Positions 40,205-51,999 are shown, counted from the stretch's first letter. The stretch is 64,000 nt of DNA from Octopus bimaculoides (GCF_001194135.2 NC_069003.1:16741531-16805530); one strand, 5' to 3'. The notes: a model not told the origin generated them from the letters alone. Translations and numbers: made by a program.

Positions 40205-40583
40205 GGGTGCCTGACTGTGTGGTAAGAAGTTTGCTTCCCAACCACATGGTTCCTGGTTCAGTCTCACAGCATGGCACCTTGGGCCAGTGTCTCCTACTAT
40301 AGCCTCAAGCCAACCAAAACCTTGTGAGTGGATTTGGTAGGCGGAAATTGAAAGAAGCCTGTCATGTGTGTGTGTGTGTTTGTCCCCCCAGCATTGCTTG
40401 ACAACTGATGTTGGTGTGTTTAAGTCTCCATAACTTAGTGGTTTGACAAAAGAGGCCGATAGAATAAGTACTAGGCTTATAAAGAATAAGTCCTGGGGTC
40501 AATTTGTTCAACTAAAGGCAGTGCTCCAGCATGGCCACAGTGAAATTACTGAAACAAGTAAAAGCATAAAAGAATAAAAGAAT
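40205..40583 (+). mobile_element. Near full-length tRNA-derived SINE
   Basis: gactgtgtggtaagaagtttgcttcccaacc...ggttcagtc head, central (tg)n, (taaaaga)n tail. Confidence 0.85.
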
Positions 40584-40640
40584 ATATATGTAAAAACTTA
40601 CTGTTGACAAAGGCTACATGGCATTCAATTATAAATAATT

Positions 40641-40838
40641 AAAAATACACATTAAGTACAGGATATCACCAACGAGTGAAAAATATATAAACACACAGAG
40701 ATAAGTACAGGACAAAATACGTGTACTTAATGTGTATCTTTCTGTATTTTTTTTTTTTGTATTTGTTCTGTACTTATCTCTTGTGTGTTTACATATTTTT
40801 CACTCGCTGGTGATGTCCTGTACTTAATGTGTATTTTT
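40641..40838. repeat. Foldback with about 80-bp arms
   Basis: 40641-40720 matches the reverse complement of 40759-40838. Confidence 0.9.
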
Positions 40839-42079
40839 AAATATATGTATATATATATATATAAACCGGCAGAAAGACCGCCCTCTGGGTGGTTTTCTGC
40901 TAGCTTCTTAATAATATTTTCACATTTGATTCTGAATTCTAATATATTTTATATTTTACATTGAATTATTTCTTTGTATAATTAGTGCTCACTTGCTTAG
41001 TAAATACTGCTTTCATTATTTTATCACAGTCATAATCTTTTAAACAAACATCACTGTAGTCCAGCAACAGAGGGAGAAGCAATTTATCAAGAGTTACCTT
41101 CCCCTCAGAGCAACATAGAGATTACATTTCAGCAGCCCATTTGTAAGCTTTGCAGTGTGTGTGTGTGAGAAAGAGAGGGGGAGAGAGAACATTGCAAACA
41201 ATGACTGAAATAAACATGAAATGAAAAATCATATAAATAAAAAGGCATTACTACAGATGTATATGCCCCCAATTTTGTTGCCTCATAACATCCAGAAAAA
41301 TGAATACTTTTTAACAAAATTTTCTACAAATACCGCTTAGATGTTGTGGCTTCAGAGTATATAGAGATTTATAGAAAAGAATTTTTCAAGGTGATGTTTT
41401 TTTCTGAGAGGAGTTATGTAAAATCCACAAGATCTGACTTTTTTCTCTCATAACTTTCATAAATGAAAATTTATACAAATCCCTTTTAAATGGCATAGAT
41501 TACGATTATAAAGAAATTTGTGGGGAAAATATTTTCAGAGATTTTTCCCCATTTTTTTTAAACCACATCCTTTGGGTGGGGGTGAACATCTTTGTATGAA
41601 AAAAGCTTTGAAAACTCTTTTTTTTACAACCCTCCCCTCCCTCATCATCCCACTCCGGACCTATTTTGGCCAATTTTTTTGCACTTCACAACAATAGGAA
41701 GAGCATTTTCGGTAAAAAGGATTTTTTTATTGTTAATATTTTTAGAGGGAAAAGTGAATGGTTTAAAGGCGATTTGACTGTTGTTTCTTGCATATCCAAA
41801 GACAACTCTACTCGTTTCTTTATCACTCTCACTTGTATTGATGTTTTTCAATATTTTTTCCCCATAAATACATTTATATGCTATAAAAATGAAAATTTGA
41901 GAAATTATGAATTTTTAGCAACCCCACTCCCTGCTCCTAATTGTTTCTGTTTAGAAATTGAAATATTGAAAAGCCCAAAAGGTCATTGCTGGCATTTATC
42001 CACAGTGATTTAAAAAATTAGGGAGATGTACTTGCATAGCAAGTGACTTGATCTGAGATTGTGTGCTGAGGCAAAAACT

Positions 42080-42369
42080 ATTGCAGTGTGGAAGATATTT
42101 GTAAGCCATTCAAGAACACACAAAAACAGTTAGTTTCACTTCAACATTAAAATTTCATTTGTGTCAAAATATTTTCATCACTTTGAAACCTCGACCTGTT
42201 CACTGACAAAACTTCATAAAAGTGATGCAGCATGAAGCTTTGTCATTGAACAGGTTGTGGTTTCAAAGGCATGAAAATATTTTGACTCAAATAAAATTTA
42301 AATGTTGAAGTGAAACTAACTGTTTTTGTGTGTTCTTGAATGGCTTACAAACATCTTCCACACTGCAAT
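42080..42369. mobile_element. Foldback MITE-like element, 138-bp arms and 14-bp spacer
   Basis: 42080-42217 vs reverse complement of 42232-42369, high identity. The left arm extends to about 42020 (gggagatgtacttgc) without a partner. Confidence 0.85.
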
Positions 42370-42765
42370 TGTTGTTGAGTTAAAAAAAAAGAGTTATGTA
42401 AACGTTAATTCATTTTTATAGCATACTTTTTGATTAGAAAATGTTTTTTTTTTACACACACATGGCTTTGCTTGATTTAGGTGGGGGTAAAAATTTGGAT
42501 TACAAATTATTTTTNNNNNNNNNNNNNNNNNNNNNNNNNNNNNNNNNNNNNNNNNNNNNNNNNNNNNNNNNNNNNNNNNNNNNNNNNNNNNGGCATGTAA
42601 AAGCACCCACTACACTCTTGGAGTGGTTGGTGTTAAGAAGGGCATCCAGCTGTAGAAACTCTGCCAAATCAGATTGGAGCCTAGTGTAGCCATCTGGTTC
42701 ACCAGTCCTCAGTCAAATCGTCCAACCCATGCTAGCATGGAAAGCGGATGTTAAACGACGACGAC

Positions 42766-42797
<32 letters not shown>

Positions 42798-43135
42798 CAT
42801 GTGAGAATGAAAAGGGGGGGTGTTTTGGGTTGTGCTAGAAATAACAGCAAAACCTCCCTTGAATTGTTCACCCATTCCTCTAAAAATATTTACAATTTGT
42901 TTTGTTTTATTTTCTTTTACTGAAAAGGCAGAGCTTTGGTTGCCAGTGTCAATTTTCTGTTTGAATTGATTTCATATTCAGTGTAATTATACACTTTTAT
43001 AGGCAAATTAATGATGTGAAAGAGTTATTAGTAATTAAAGTTGAAAATTTTGGTAATTTTAGTCAATCATAAGTCACAGACACATTCATGTCTGTTTTGA
43101 TAGTATCAAGCGGAAACATGAGAACTCTTTTGCCT

Positions 43136-43149
43136 GTTGCCATAGTAAC
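43136..43149. promoter_or_regulatory. RFX X-box-like motif GTTGCCATAGTAAC
   Basis: Fits the GTTGCCATGGCAAC-type consensus; lies about 1.2 kb upstream of the candidate start codon at 44377. Confidence 0.45.
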
Positions 43150-44376
43150 ATAGTAACATAGTCTTTGAAAATCTGTGAGGAAGCATGTGTTGACAGCCGT
43201 CTTTGAAAAGTCTTTTATCTGTGAGGAAGCACACATAACATATAAACATGTTCATCTTTTAGAACATTGTCATTTTATAAGATTTTGCTGGTAAATTTTT
43301 AAATTAGCATAAACATTTGTTTACGTGAAAGGAAATTATCAGTGAACTTTTGTGATGAAAATACCAGCTAAAAAGATTTTTTGGACAAATCTTTTGAATT
43401 AAAGTTTATTTGCCAACATCTCATTCAGAGATTTAAAACAAACTGCTTTTCTCTTTTAAATTAACATAAACATTTATTTACATGAAAGAAAATTACCGGA
43501 GAAATTTTATGCTAAAAATAACAGCTAAATAAGATTTATTTACATGAAAGAAAATTATTGGAGACATAACATGTGTTGTTTACAAATATTGACAACATGT
43601 GCTATTTTCAGGATGTTGACGACAAAATGTGCAGTCACGCACAAAACGACAGCTTCCAAATCCTGTTTGTTTTCTGACTGGGGGAAAATGATCAAACTTT
43701 AAACCTCTATAACTTTTTCAGTTTGGGCAAGTGTATTATTGTGCCAAATTTGAAAATTTTCAGTAAACTTTAATTTTTGGAGCTGCTGGCAACCAAACCA
43801 AATGGTTTTTAAGTTAGAAGGGAAAATGGCCAAATTCGGTCCAGGTAGTTATTATTGTAAGGCTTATAGTGTTCCAAACAGCCATAATAACAAAATCACT
43901 TTAAATTTCTTTTACAAAAATTATATGGGTATTTTAAAAAATTTTCAATAAATAATGTTTTTACATTATGTATACATTAATAGAATAAACTGTCGGTTTT
44001 CGAAATAGTGATTTAAAACTTGAAATGAAAACATTAAAAGAGAAAGTGAGAGACTTTGCAAATGAAAATGGAATACTCCACAGTGAATGCAATGAATATT
44101 TAAATTTGCGAAAAATTGGAGTTAAAAAATTCAATAAACTTGAGAAATCAAAATTATAGGAAATTTCTTAGAACATGAATTTATAAAAATATTTCCAGAC
44201 AGTCAACCCTTTAATAATTGCTTTCTTTTAGTACTTTTAGTAATTGCTACATACCTAATTAATAAACAGCTTTCTCCATTATAGTATAGATATGTGTGAA
44301 GAAAGGACACAAACAGTTAAGGTTCACTACATTTGTTTCAGACATGTTTTTTGTTGATGAATAATTCAATTACATC

Positions 44377-44755
44377 ATGAAAAAAAAAAGTTTTCTTCAG
44401 GTGAGTTAAAATTTAAAATTTGGACCAAGATCTGGAATGTGGATTGATCCTCTCATTTTAGCAACAAATGAGAGAATCATTTGAGATCTTATTTATGTAT
44501 ACACCACACCTGAGACCTTCTTTGTGCTGGATTTAGAACTTACATTGGATCATGAAACTACATGTCAATTTGCATGGGTATATAATTTCATGTACATGTA
44601 TATGTAAGCATGAATATGTCCATAAATGCATGACTATATGTGAGTGTGTTTGTATATGGTATATAGATGGATGTGTGGATTTTGGCCCTCATTTGGAATC
44701 ATTAATGTTAAAATACCTTGATTCAAATGAATCCAACAAATAATTAATAATACAA

Positions 44756-44795
<40 letters not shown>

Positions 44796-45247
44796 TCAAA
44801 ATTATCTTTCAGAATTCATATGGAGCATCTTCAGACAGCAGGAAATCATGGTTAGCAAGTGCCTTCTGCATCAAAGACAGTCATTTGGGAGAGTGCCTGC
44901 TCTCAACTAATGCACGTGAAGACCGACGCCTGATACTGGTGTTGAACAACTTATCACGAGAATACCAAGATGCACAACGCATGCAGCGAATTCATGTTCG
45001 CAACTTTCTCAATAGATCCTATGTTTTGCACCACAAGCCAGTCCAATGTAGTGGTGGCCATTTGCCATATATTGCAGGGCTTATGTGTTCTAGAGATGTC
45101 ATAGAGCTCCCTCCAATTAGAGTAATTAACCCTGCTGCTCAGTTGGTCTTGAATACCAGGTACCAAGGTTCAATACCAGTGCAGAATAGATTGCCACACT
45201 GCAACAAGCAGTTATTTAGATCCAGCACAGTTTTCAGAAGACATTAA
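44377..45247 (+). CDS. Candidate host gene, join(44377..44400,44813..45247), 152-aa uncharacterised protein
   Basis: Acceptor tttgtttcag| at 44341, ATG 44377, donor CAG|GTGAGT at 44400/44401, acceptor ttatctttcag| at 44812. Both junction phases are 0, giving MKKKSFLQ-NSYGASSDSRKSWLASAF...LNNLSREYQDAQRMQRIHVRNFL...FRRH*. The 435-nt terminal exon is uninterrupted, non-repetitive and has no TE motif I recognise. Confidence 0.62.
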
Positions 45248-45279
45248 TTTAATTGTGCAGTGATATCATCACAGTGATT

Positions 45280-45745
45280 AAATAGATAGAGCTACAGTGC
45301 CAATAAAGATGTCACCACTATAATACTATCTTTTTAATGACAATAAAGATATTACAATGGTAACAATAATGACAGCAAAGATATCATCACAGTGCTAATA
45401 TAAATACAATGACAGTGACAATAAAGATATCACCACAGTAACAATATTTATATGACTACAGTGACAATGAAGATATCATCACTGCAATATTATCTTTTCA
45501 ATGACAATAAAAATATCACCTTGATAACTGTATCTTTTGTATAACAATAAGGATATCATTACAGTAATAATATAGCTACAACTACAGTAGCAATAAAGAT
45601 AGCACCACAATAACAATATTGATACAACTGCAGTAACAAAAAAGATATCACCATGGTAACTGTGGTAACTCATGACAATAATTATATCTTCACAGTGACA
45701 ATATAGACACAACAACAGTATCAACAAAGACATCACCATGATAAC
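45280..45745 (+). repeat. Degenerate minisatellite (about 40 bp; gacaataaagatatcaccacagtaacaat), resumes at 46741-46890 after an RTE insertion
   Basis: Recurring caataaagatatcac units. Confidence 0.75.
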
Positions 45746-46740
45746 ATCGTCATCATCATCATCATCGTTTAACATCCGCTTTCCATGCTGGCATGGGTTG
45801 GATAGTTTGACTGAGAACTGGCAAGCCAGAAGGCTACACCAGGCTCCAATCTGATCTGGCAAGGTTCCTACAGCTGGATGCCCTTCCTAAAGCCAACCAC
45901 TCCAAGAATGTAGTGGGTGATTTTTAGATACCACCAGCACAGGAGCCAGTCAGGTGGCATTGGCATTGGCCATGCTCAAACGGTGCTTTTTAGATGCCAC
46001 CAGCACAGGAGCCAGTCAGGTGGCATTGGCATTGGCCATGCTCGAATGGTGCTTTTTACATGCCACCAGCACAGGAGCTAGTCAGCCTGCAATGGCATCA
46101 ACCACACTCGAATGTTGCTTTTTACATACCACTGGCACTGTCATCGGTTATGCTAGGATGGTGTTTTTTACGTGCCACCAGCATGGGTGTCAGTCAGGTG
46201 GCACTGCCATCGGCCATGGCAACAATTTTATTTTACTCGATAGGTCTTCTCAAGCACAGCATATTGCCCAATGATTGAAGGGTACTTTTAAATGGGCTAG
46301 TTATGCAACACTGGCATTGGCCAAGGCTATGATCTCACTTGGCTTGCAGGTCTTCTCAAGCACAGCATATCTCCAAAGGTCTCGGCTGCTTGTCATTGCC
46401 TCTGTGAGGCCCAATGTTTGAAGGTCATGCTTCACCACCTCATCCCATATCTTCTTGGGGGGTCTATCTCTTCCACAGGTTCCCCCCACTGTTAGGGTAT
46501 GACACTTCACACAGCTGTCCTCATCCATATGCAATACATAATCATACCAGTGCAGTTCTCTGTCTTGCACACCACATCTTTTCTCTCAGGGCACTTACAC
46601 TCTGTTGTGTATGCACAGTAGATCATACTAGCTTCATTTCTTTCAAGCCTATGCATGTTCTCAGCAGTTGCAGCCCATGTTTCACTGCTGTGTAGCATGG
46701 CTGTTCATGCACATAAATCATACAGTCTACCTTTTACTCA
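45746..46740 (-). mobile_element. 5'-truncated RTE LINE with (GAT)n tail
   Basis: MLHSSETWA...; KKIWDEVVKHDLQTLGLTEAMTSSRDLWRYAV; possible TSD agtatcaacaaaga(c/t)atca at 45717-45735 and 46741-46759. Confidence 0.85.
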
Positions 46741-46899
46741 AGTATCAACAAAGATATCAACTCAGTGAGATTTGAGAATCAATGACTGTGATGATAACTT
46801 ATATACAGAAAAAAATAATGATATCATTACTGAGGTAGTGACATTATTACTAAAGTGGTCATAACAACATTATGATAGTGACAATAATACTCTCATTAA

Positions 46900-47112
46900 G
46901 GCGGTGAGCTGGCAGAAATATTAGCACACTAGGCAAAATGCTTAGCGGTATTTCGTCTGTCTTTATGTTCTGAATTCAAATTCCGCCAAGGTCAACTTTG
47001 CCTTTCATCCTTTTGGGGTCGATAAAGTAAGTACCATTTGTGTACTGGGGTCAATCTAATCAACTGGACCCCCTCCCCAAAAATTTCAAGCCTTGTGCCT
47101 AGAGTAGAAAAG
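46900..47112 (+). mobile_element. Full-length SINE with 17-bp TSD
   Basis: TSD aataatactctcattaa at 46883-46899 and 47113-47129; B-box-like gaattcaaattcc. Confidence 0.9.
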
Positions 47113-47284
47113 AATAATACTCTCATTAATGATAATAGTGACAGCATTTCATCCATCTCTATATTCTGAGTTAAGATTTCACCAAGGCCAACTTTACCTT
47201 TCATCCTTTCAGGGTTAATGAATTAAGTACCAGTGAAACACTGGGGTCCCATAAATTTCAGGCCTTGTACCTTTTGTAGGAAGG

Positions 47285-47316
<32 letters not shown>

Positions 47317-47431
47317 GGCACTGATACTGCTGAATTTTTTATAACCTGGCAGTGCATAATGCAACTCAGTCAATGTTGTTCACTGTGTTTTAGTTAAAGT
47401 TATGACCTTCAATCTATTCAGAGTTACCTCT

Positions 47432-47480
47432 CTTTGGTATTACTCTTTGGTATTACCCTTTGGTATTATCCTTTGGTAAC
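47432..47480. repeat. 13-bp tandem repeat (ctttggtattac[t/c]) x about 4
   Basis: Direct reading of the sequence. Confidence 0.9.
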
Positions 47481-48249
47481 AGCTAAAAGTGCTAGAAACA
47501 TTGTGTTCTGGAATCCAACAGAGAGCAAATATAGTGTTTTTACACCTTTTACCATAAGAGAGAATTTTTTCTCAATAGTAACTTCAGTGAATTTGTTTTC
47601 AGAAGTTGAAATGTATCACAAGCATATTATAACAAGCTTAAACTTTGCTTATATATGTGTGTGTGTGATCATTATCATCATCATTGTCCATGGGTTGGAT
47701 GGTTTGATTGAGCTGCACCAAGTTCCAGACTGATTTGGCATGGCTTCTACAGCTGGATGCCCTTCTTAATGCCAACCACTTTACAGAGTGTGCTCAGTGC
47801 TTTTACATGGCACCGCAATCTGTATATTTTTCTGCTTTGAAAACATCATCTTATTTGTATCGTACAATACTCGTTTTGATGCTTATAAAAAACAAATGTT
47901 AGTTTGTTCATATCTATATACATTATATATTAGCTGTTTAGTGTCTAAATTTGCAGATAAATTTGTCAGTGGGCAGTTTAGCTTAATGGTAACAGGTGTT
48001 AGTTTCTTTTTGCTTGTTTCAGTCATTTGACTTCAGCTATGTTGGAGCACCACCTTAAAGGGTGTTAGTCAAAGAAATTGACTCCATGACTTTTTTTTTG
48101 TAAGCCTAGTACTTATTCTATCGTTCTTTTTTGCTGAACTGCGAAGTTACAGGAACATAGACACACCACCATCGGTTGTCAAGCAATGGCGGGGACACAC
48201 GCATACATACACACATAACAGGCTTCTTCTAGTTTCTGCCTATGGATCT

Positions 48250-49385
48250 AGTTGGGAAATTTGGATAATTTTAGCCAATCAACAGACATGGCATTAGCAG
48301 CTTGTTACCATGACAACTGCACACTGTGTTGTGGTTCACTGTCTGTGACATATGTTGTTCTATGCTAATTTTTCACACTTGATTTTTCACACCACGAGAT
48401 TCTTTTCACCCACATGTTTTGTTTTAATTTTTCTTTATGTTAGTATATTACATATTTTTCTGTGCTTGTGTGTGTTAGTACTTTTTGTGCTTTTTCTGTG
48501 TTAATATTTTTACATATTTTTCATTTCATATATTTTTGGGACTCATTGACTCAGATAGCTGGATTTATGATTTCACTAGGTTAATTCTATTCATAAAAAT
48601 TTTAATTAGGAGTTTTTCTTAAACCGTTAGCTTCACATTTCAACAGCTTAAATAAAATATCAGCCCGCGTAACAGAAACTGAGAGGAATATCATGGAACA
48701 GAGAAACTGGGGTGATACAGATAATTTGAATTACTTTTGAATTTTGCATGCAAAAACATATAAGATACAGGTATTCTTTTCCTTGGATCAAATTCTTTGG
48801 TAACCAGTGTTATTCTTATCATAGTTTACAAATCCAAGCATGAAAATGTTACTCACCTTTGGAGTTTTGGAGACAGATGCCCCCTTTTCACACACAAACA
48901 TATACACACACACACACGTACTTATATTTTAATGATATACACAAATACATGATAAGTAATCATAATACTGAAATACGCATGCAGTCAAATATATTGATAT
49001 TACAAATTTTAAAAAATAGTAAAAACATACAACCAATGAAGAGTAAAAAGAAACAGTAAGATGATGATACATGCTGATTTTATTAGGTATTTCTGTCTCT
49101 TTAGAGGTCATTTCACAGATGAAGAGGTCATTTCACAGATGCTAAACTATAAATTTCACAGGGTACAACCCTAAATTGACACTGCTCTACTAAACACAAA
49201 AAATTTCTGTCTCGCTATTGGCTATAAATACAGTTTTTTTGATTTTTAAACCTCTGTAACTTTTAACTCCAAGTTTTTTCTCCGCAACATCATACCTTCA
49301 TAGCAATTAGACTGGAAAACTTTATTATTATAGTCGATTTTCAGATTTTTTTTACTCTCTTTTAAAAAATGCATATTTTGCAAAT
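48250..49385 (-). mobile_element. Unclassified non-autonomous element, copy B (inverted relative to 22.9-23.9 kb)
   Basis: Reverse complement collinear with copy A over about 48335-49380. The adjacent 48250-48335 segment (possible terminus) has CCAAT (48275), GTTACCATGACAAC (48304-48317) and ends ...ccaaCTAG on the minus strand. Confidence 0.7.
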
Positions 49386-49399
49386 GAAAAAAACTAGAT

Positions 49400-49591
49400 T
49401 CCCCCATCTACTAAATCCACTCACAAGGCTTTGGTAGGCCTGAGGCTATAGTAGGAGATACTTGCCCAAAGTGCCATGCAGTGGGAATAAACCTGAAACC
49501 ATGTGGTTGGGAAACAACCTTCTTATCACATAGCAACACCTGTGCCTTGCCACACAGCCATGCCTGTGCCTTTCACACAGCGACGCCTGTA
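49400..49591 (-). mobile_element. tRNA-derived SINE 5' half with triplicated leader
   Basis: Same family as 2794/40205; three cacacagccatgcctgtgcc-like units at 49525-49591. Confidence 0.75.
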
Positions 49592-49646
49592 CCTTATATG
49601 TATATATNNNNNNNNNNNNNNNNNNNNNNATATATATATATATATA

Positions 49647-50640
49647 GAAGGGGGTATCCAAAAGAAACTGGAATTGTTTTCTGTGAGACAAGCCTGCAGT
49701 AGTTCAGGCTTCTGCCACTAGAAGTTACTTAATGTGACCCTCAGGCATCAGTCTGCTAACTGGTCTGGTTGAGTGAAGTCATATTGCCACTTTGTGTATC
49801 TTTGTTTGCAGTGTTTCTCCCCCTGTTCATTGATTTTTGTGATGGCTGAAATGAAGGAACAACATGCTTCCATGAAATTCTGTTTTCTACTGGGGAAAAC
49901 AACAGCCAAAACAGTTGTCATGTTTCAAACAGCTTACAAGGACGTTTCCATGAGCTAAACACAAGTTTACGAATGGTTTTCATGCTTTTGGAATGGTCAC
50001 TTGTCACTTGAGGACTAACCTCGTTCTGGGTGACTGTTGACCTCCCGAAAGCTCATTAACTGATCTTGGAGGTTTGTCACAGAATAATTGATGAACTTGT
50101 TGATATGATTGGTGAGTCCTGGAGCTTCTGCCAATGAATTTTGAGTGAGGAATTGCGAATGAAAAGAGTTGCAGTAAAATTTGTGACTTGTTTTCTCACG
50201 GAAGATCAACATTAATCACAACTGAATGTGTGTCATGAACTGAAAGAGCAGTTGGAAGTGGTGGTCTCATCATCACAATGCCCCCTAACCCTAACCACTT
50301 TGGGTGTGGAAGTTTCTGACCAAAAATGACATGACTCTGCTTACCCATCCTCCCTATTCACCCAATGTTGCTCCCTGTGATTTTCTTTTGGTCCTCTGGA
50401 TGAAAAATGTCCTGGAAGGAAAACGCTTTGCAGTTGTGGAAGAAGTGAGGGAAAAATGATGGGGGCATTAAAAGGCATCCCATTGCAAGAGTTTCAGGAC
50501 TGTTTCAAACAGTGGAAAGCATCTGGACTGATATATTGTTTCAAATGGAGAATACTTTGAGGGTAATAAAAATGCAAGCATGTAAAATTAAGTGAATAAA
50601 ATAATATTGTGAAATTCCGGTTTCTTTTGGGTAACCCTTC
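49647..50640 (+). mobile_element. Mariner (irritans-like) element with both TIRs, internally deleted
   Basis: TIRs gaagggggtatccaaaagaaactggaatt (49647-49675) and aattccggtttcttttgggtaacccttc (50613-50640). Remnant motifs QHASMKFCFLLGK, MKRVAVKFV, HPPYSPNVAPCDF, NGEYFEG; segment with the first catalytic Asp missing. Confidence 0.92.
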
Positions 50641-50780
50641 ATATATAGTGAACATATATAAGCAGACTAAACTTAATATAGATAACATAGAGTAGTTCTC
50701 TAACCTCTTCATCCAGTAACTGTGCCTCTGCATCAAAAGTTGGCTATTAGAACAATCCTTACTGAGCTGCTATGGAGGTA

Positions 50781-51365
50781 CAAGGGTCACCTGTAAAGTT
50801 CATAGGCTGACCACGATATTCACATGGAATGTAACCAAATGAGATTTATTTTTCAACATAGTCTCCCTTGCAGTTCACACACTTCTTCCCTCAATGTTGC
50901 AGTGCTTGGATCTCATTAGTGCGAAGTTTTAATCCTGCTGGTCAAACAAATCATCGTCAACAGACATGACATCATCATCACTGCGATACTGGTTCCCAGT
51001 CAAGTTTTTTTTCATGTTGGAGAACAGATGATTGTCAGATGAGGCCAAATCAGGAGAAGACAGACGGTGATCAACCAGTTCAAAGCCACAGACATGCACA
51101 GCAGCCATTGAAAATAAGGACTTGTGTGCTGGAGCATTGTCCTGATGAAGCAAGATCGCTTTTGTCAGTTTTCCTGGGCTTTTGGTCTTGATAGCTTTAT
51201 GTAACTGTCTCAGTAGGTTGACATAGTACTCTCTATTGATGGTGTGACCCTTTTGAAGATAGTCAATAAACACAATGCTTTTTGCATCTCAAAAAACCGA
51301 AGCCATCACCTTCTCTACAGATGGAACGACTTTGGCCTCCTTTAGGTGAGGAGGGGTGTTTCTTC
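50781..51365 (-). mobile_element. Second mariner (Himar1/irritans-like), 3' half with right TIR
   Basis: KVMASVF*DAKSIVFIDYLQKGHTIN, LLHQDNAPAH, SPDLASSD, CKGDYVEK* (stop 50846-50848); TIR-like end TA|caagggtcacc at 50779-50811. Confidence 0.9.
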
Positions 51366-51911
51366 AAAAATTCCAGGTTGATGTTGAGTGTGCTGGAAGA
51401 CCATGAGTGAGGCACCCCTCAATTTTTGTTAAAGCATGTCTCTAGGAGAAGGCCATACTGATATAAAACTAAATATGCAGGGAATAGCTTCAAACATTTT
51501 TGGGATTTTTTTGCTTGTGCTTGAGATCATGGTACTCCCACATTCCTGGGCCTGTGATCCAGATTGGTACTGGATATCTTGCCATAGTTTGTCTCTGGAT
51601 CATGTCAGTAGGATAGAGAGGGCCTATGAGGTGCTATGCAAGCTTTGTTGGATGAAACATTTTAGGCTCACAGAAATTGCAGACATGAAACAGGGTGAAG
51701 CCAACTGCTGGTGCATGAACCTCATGCATGGGTGTTGCTGGCATTTTGCATCGGCAATAGTTTGTGATGGTCTTCCTTGGTCATGAGTGGACAAACATCA
51801 TCATCATCACATATATATATTACACACATACACACACACACACACATAAGTATACACACACATACATATATGTGTATTTGTGTGTGTGTGTGTGTGTGTA
51901 TGTGTATTTAG

Positions 51912-51996
<85 letters not shown>

Positions 51997-51999
51997 CAC

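Noticed and set aside
48304-48317. Second X-box as an independent gene promoter
   Set aside because: It sits at the edge of an interspersed repeat copy with no adjacent exon evidence.
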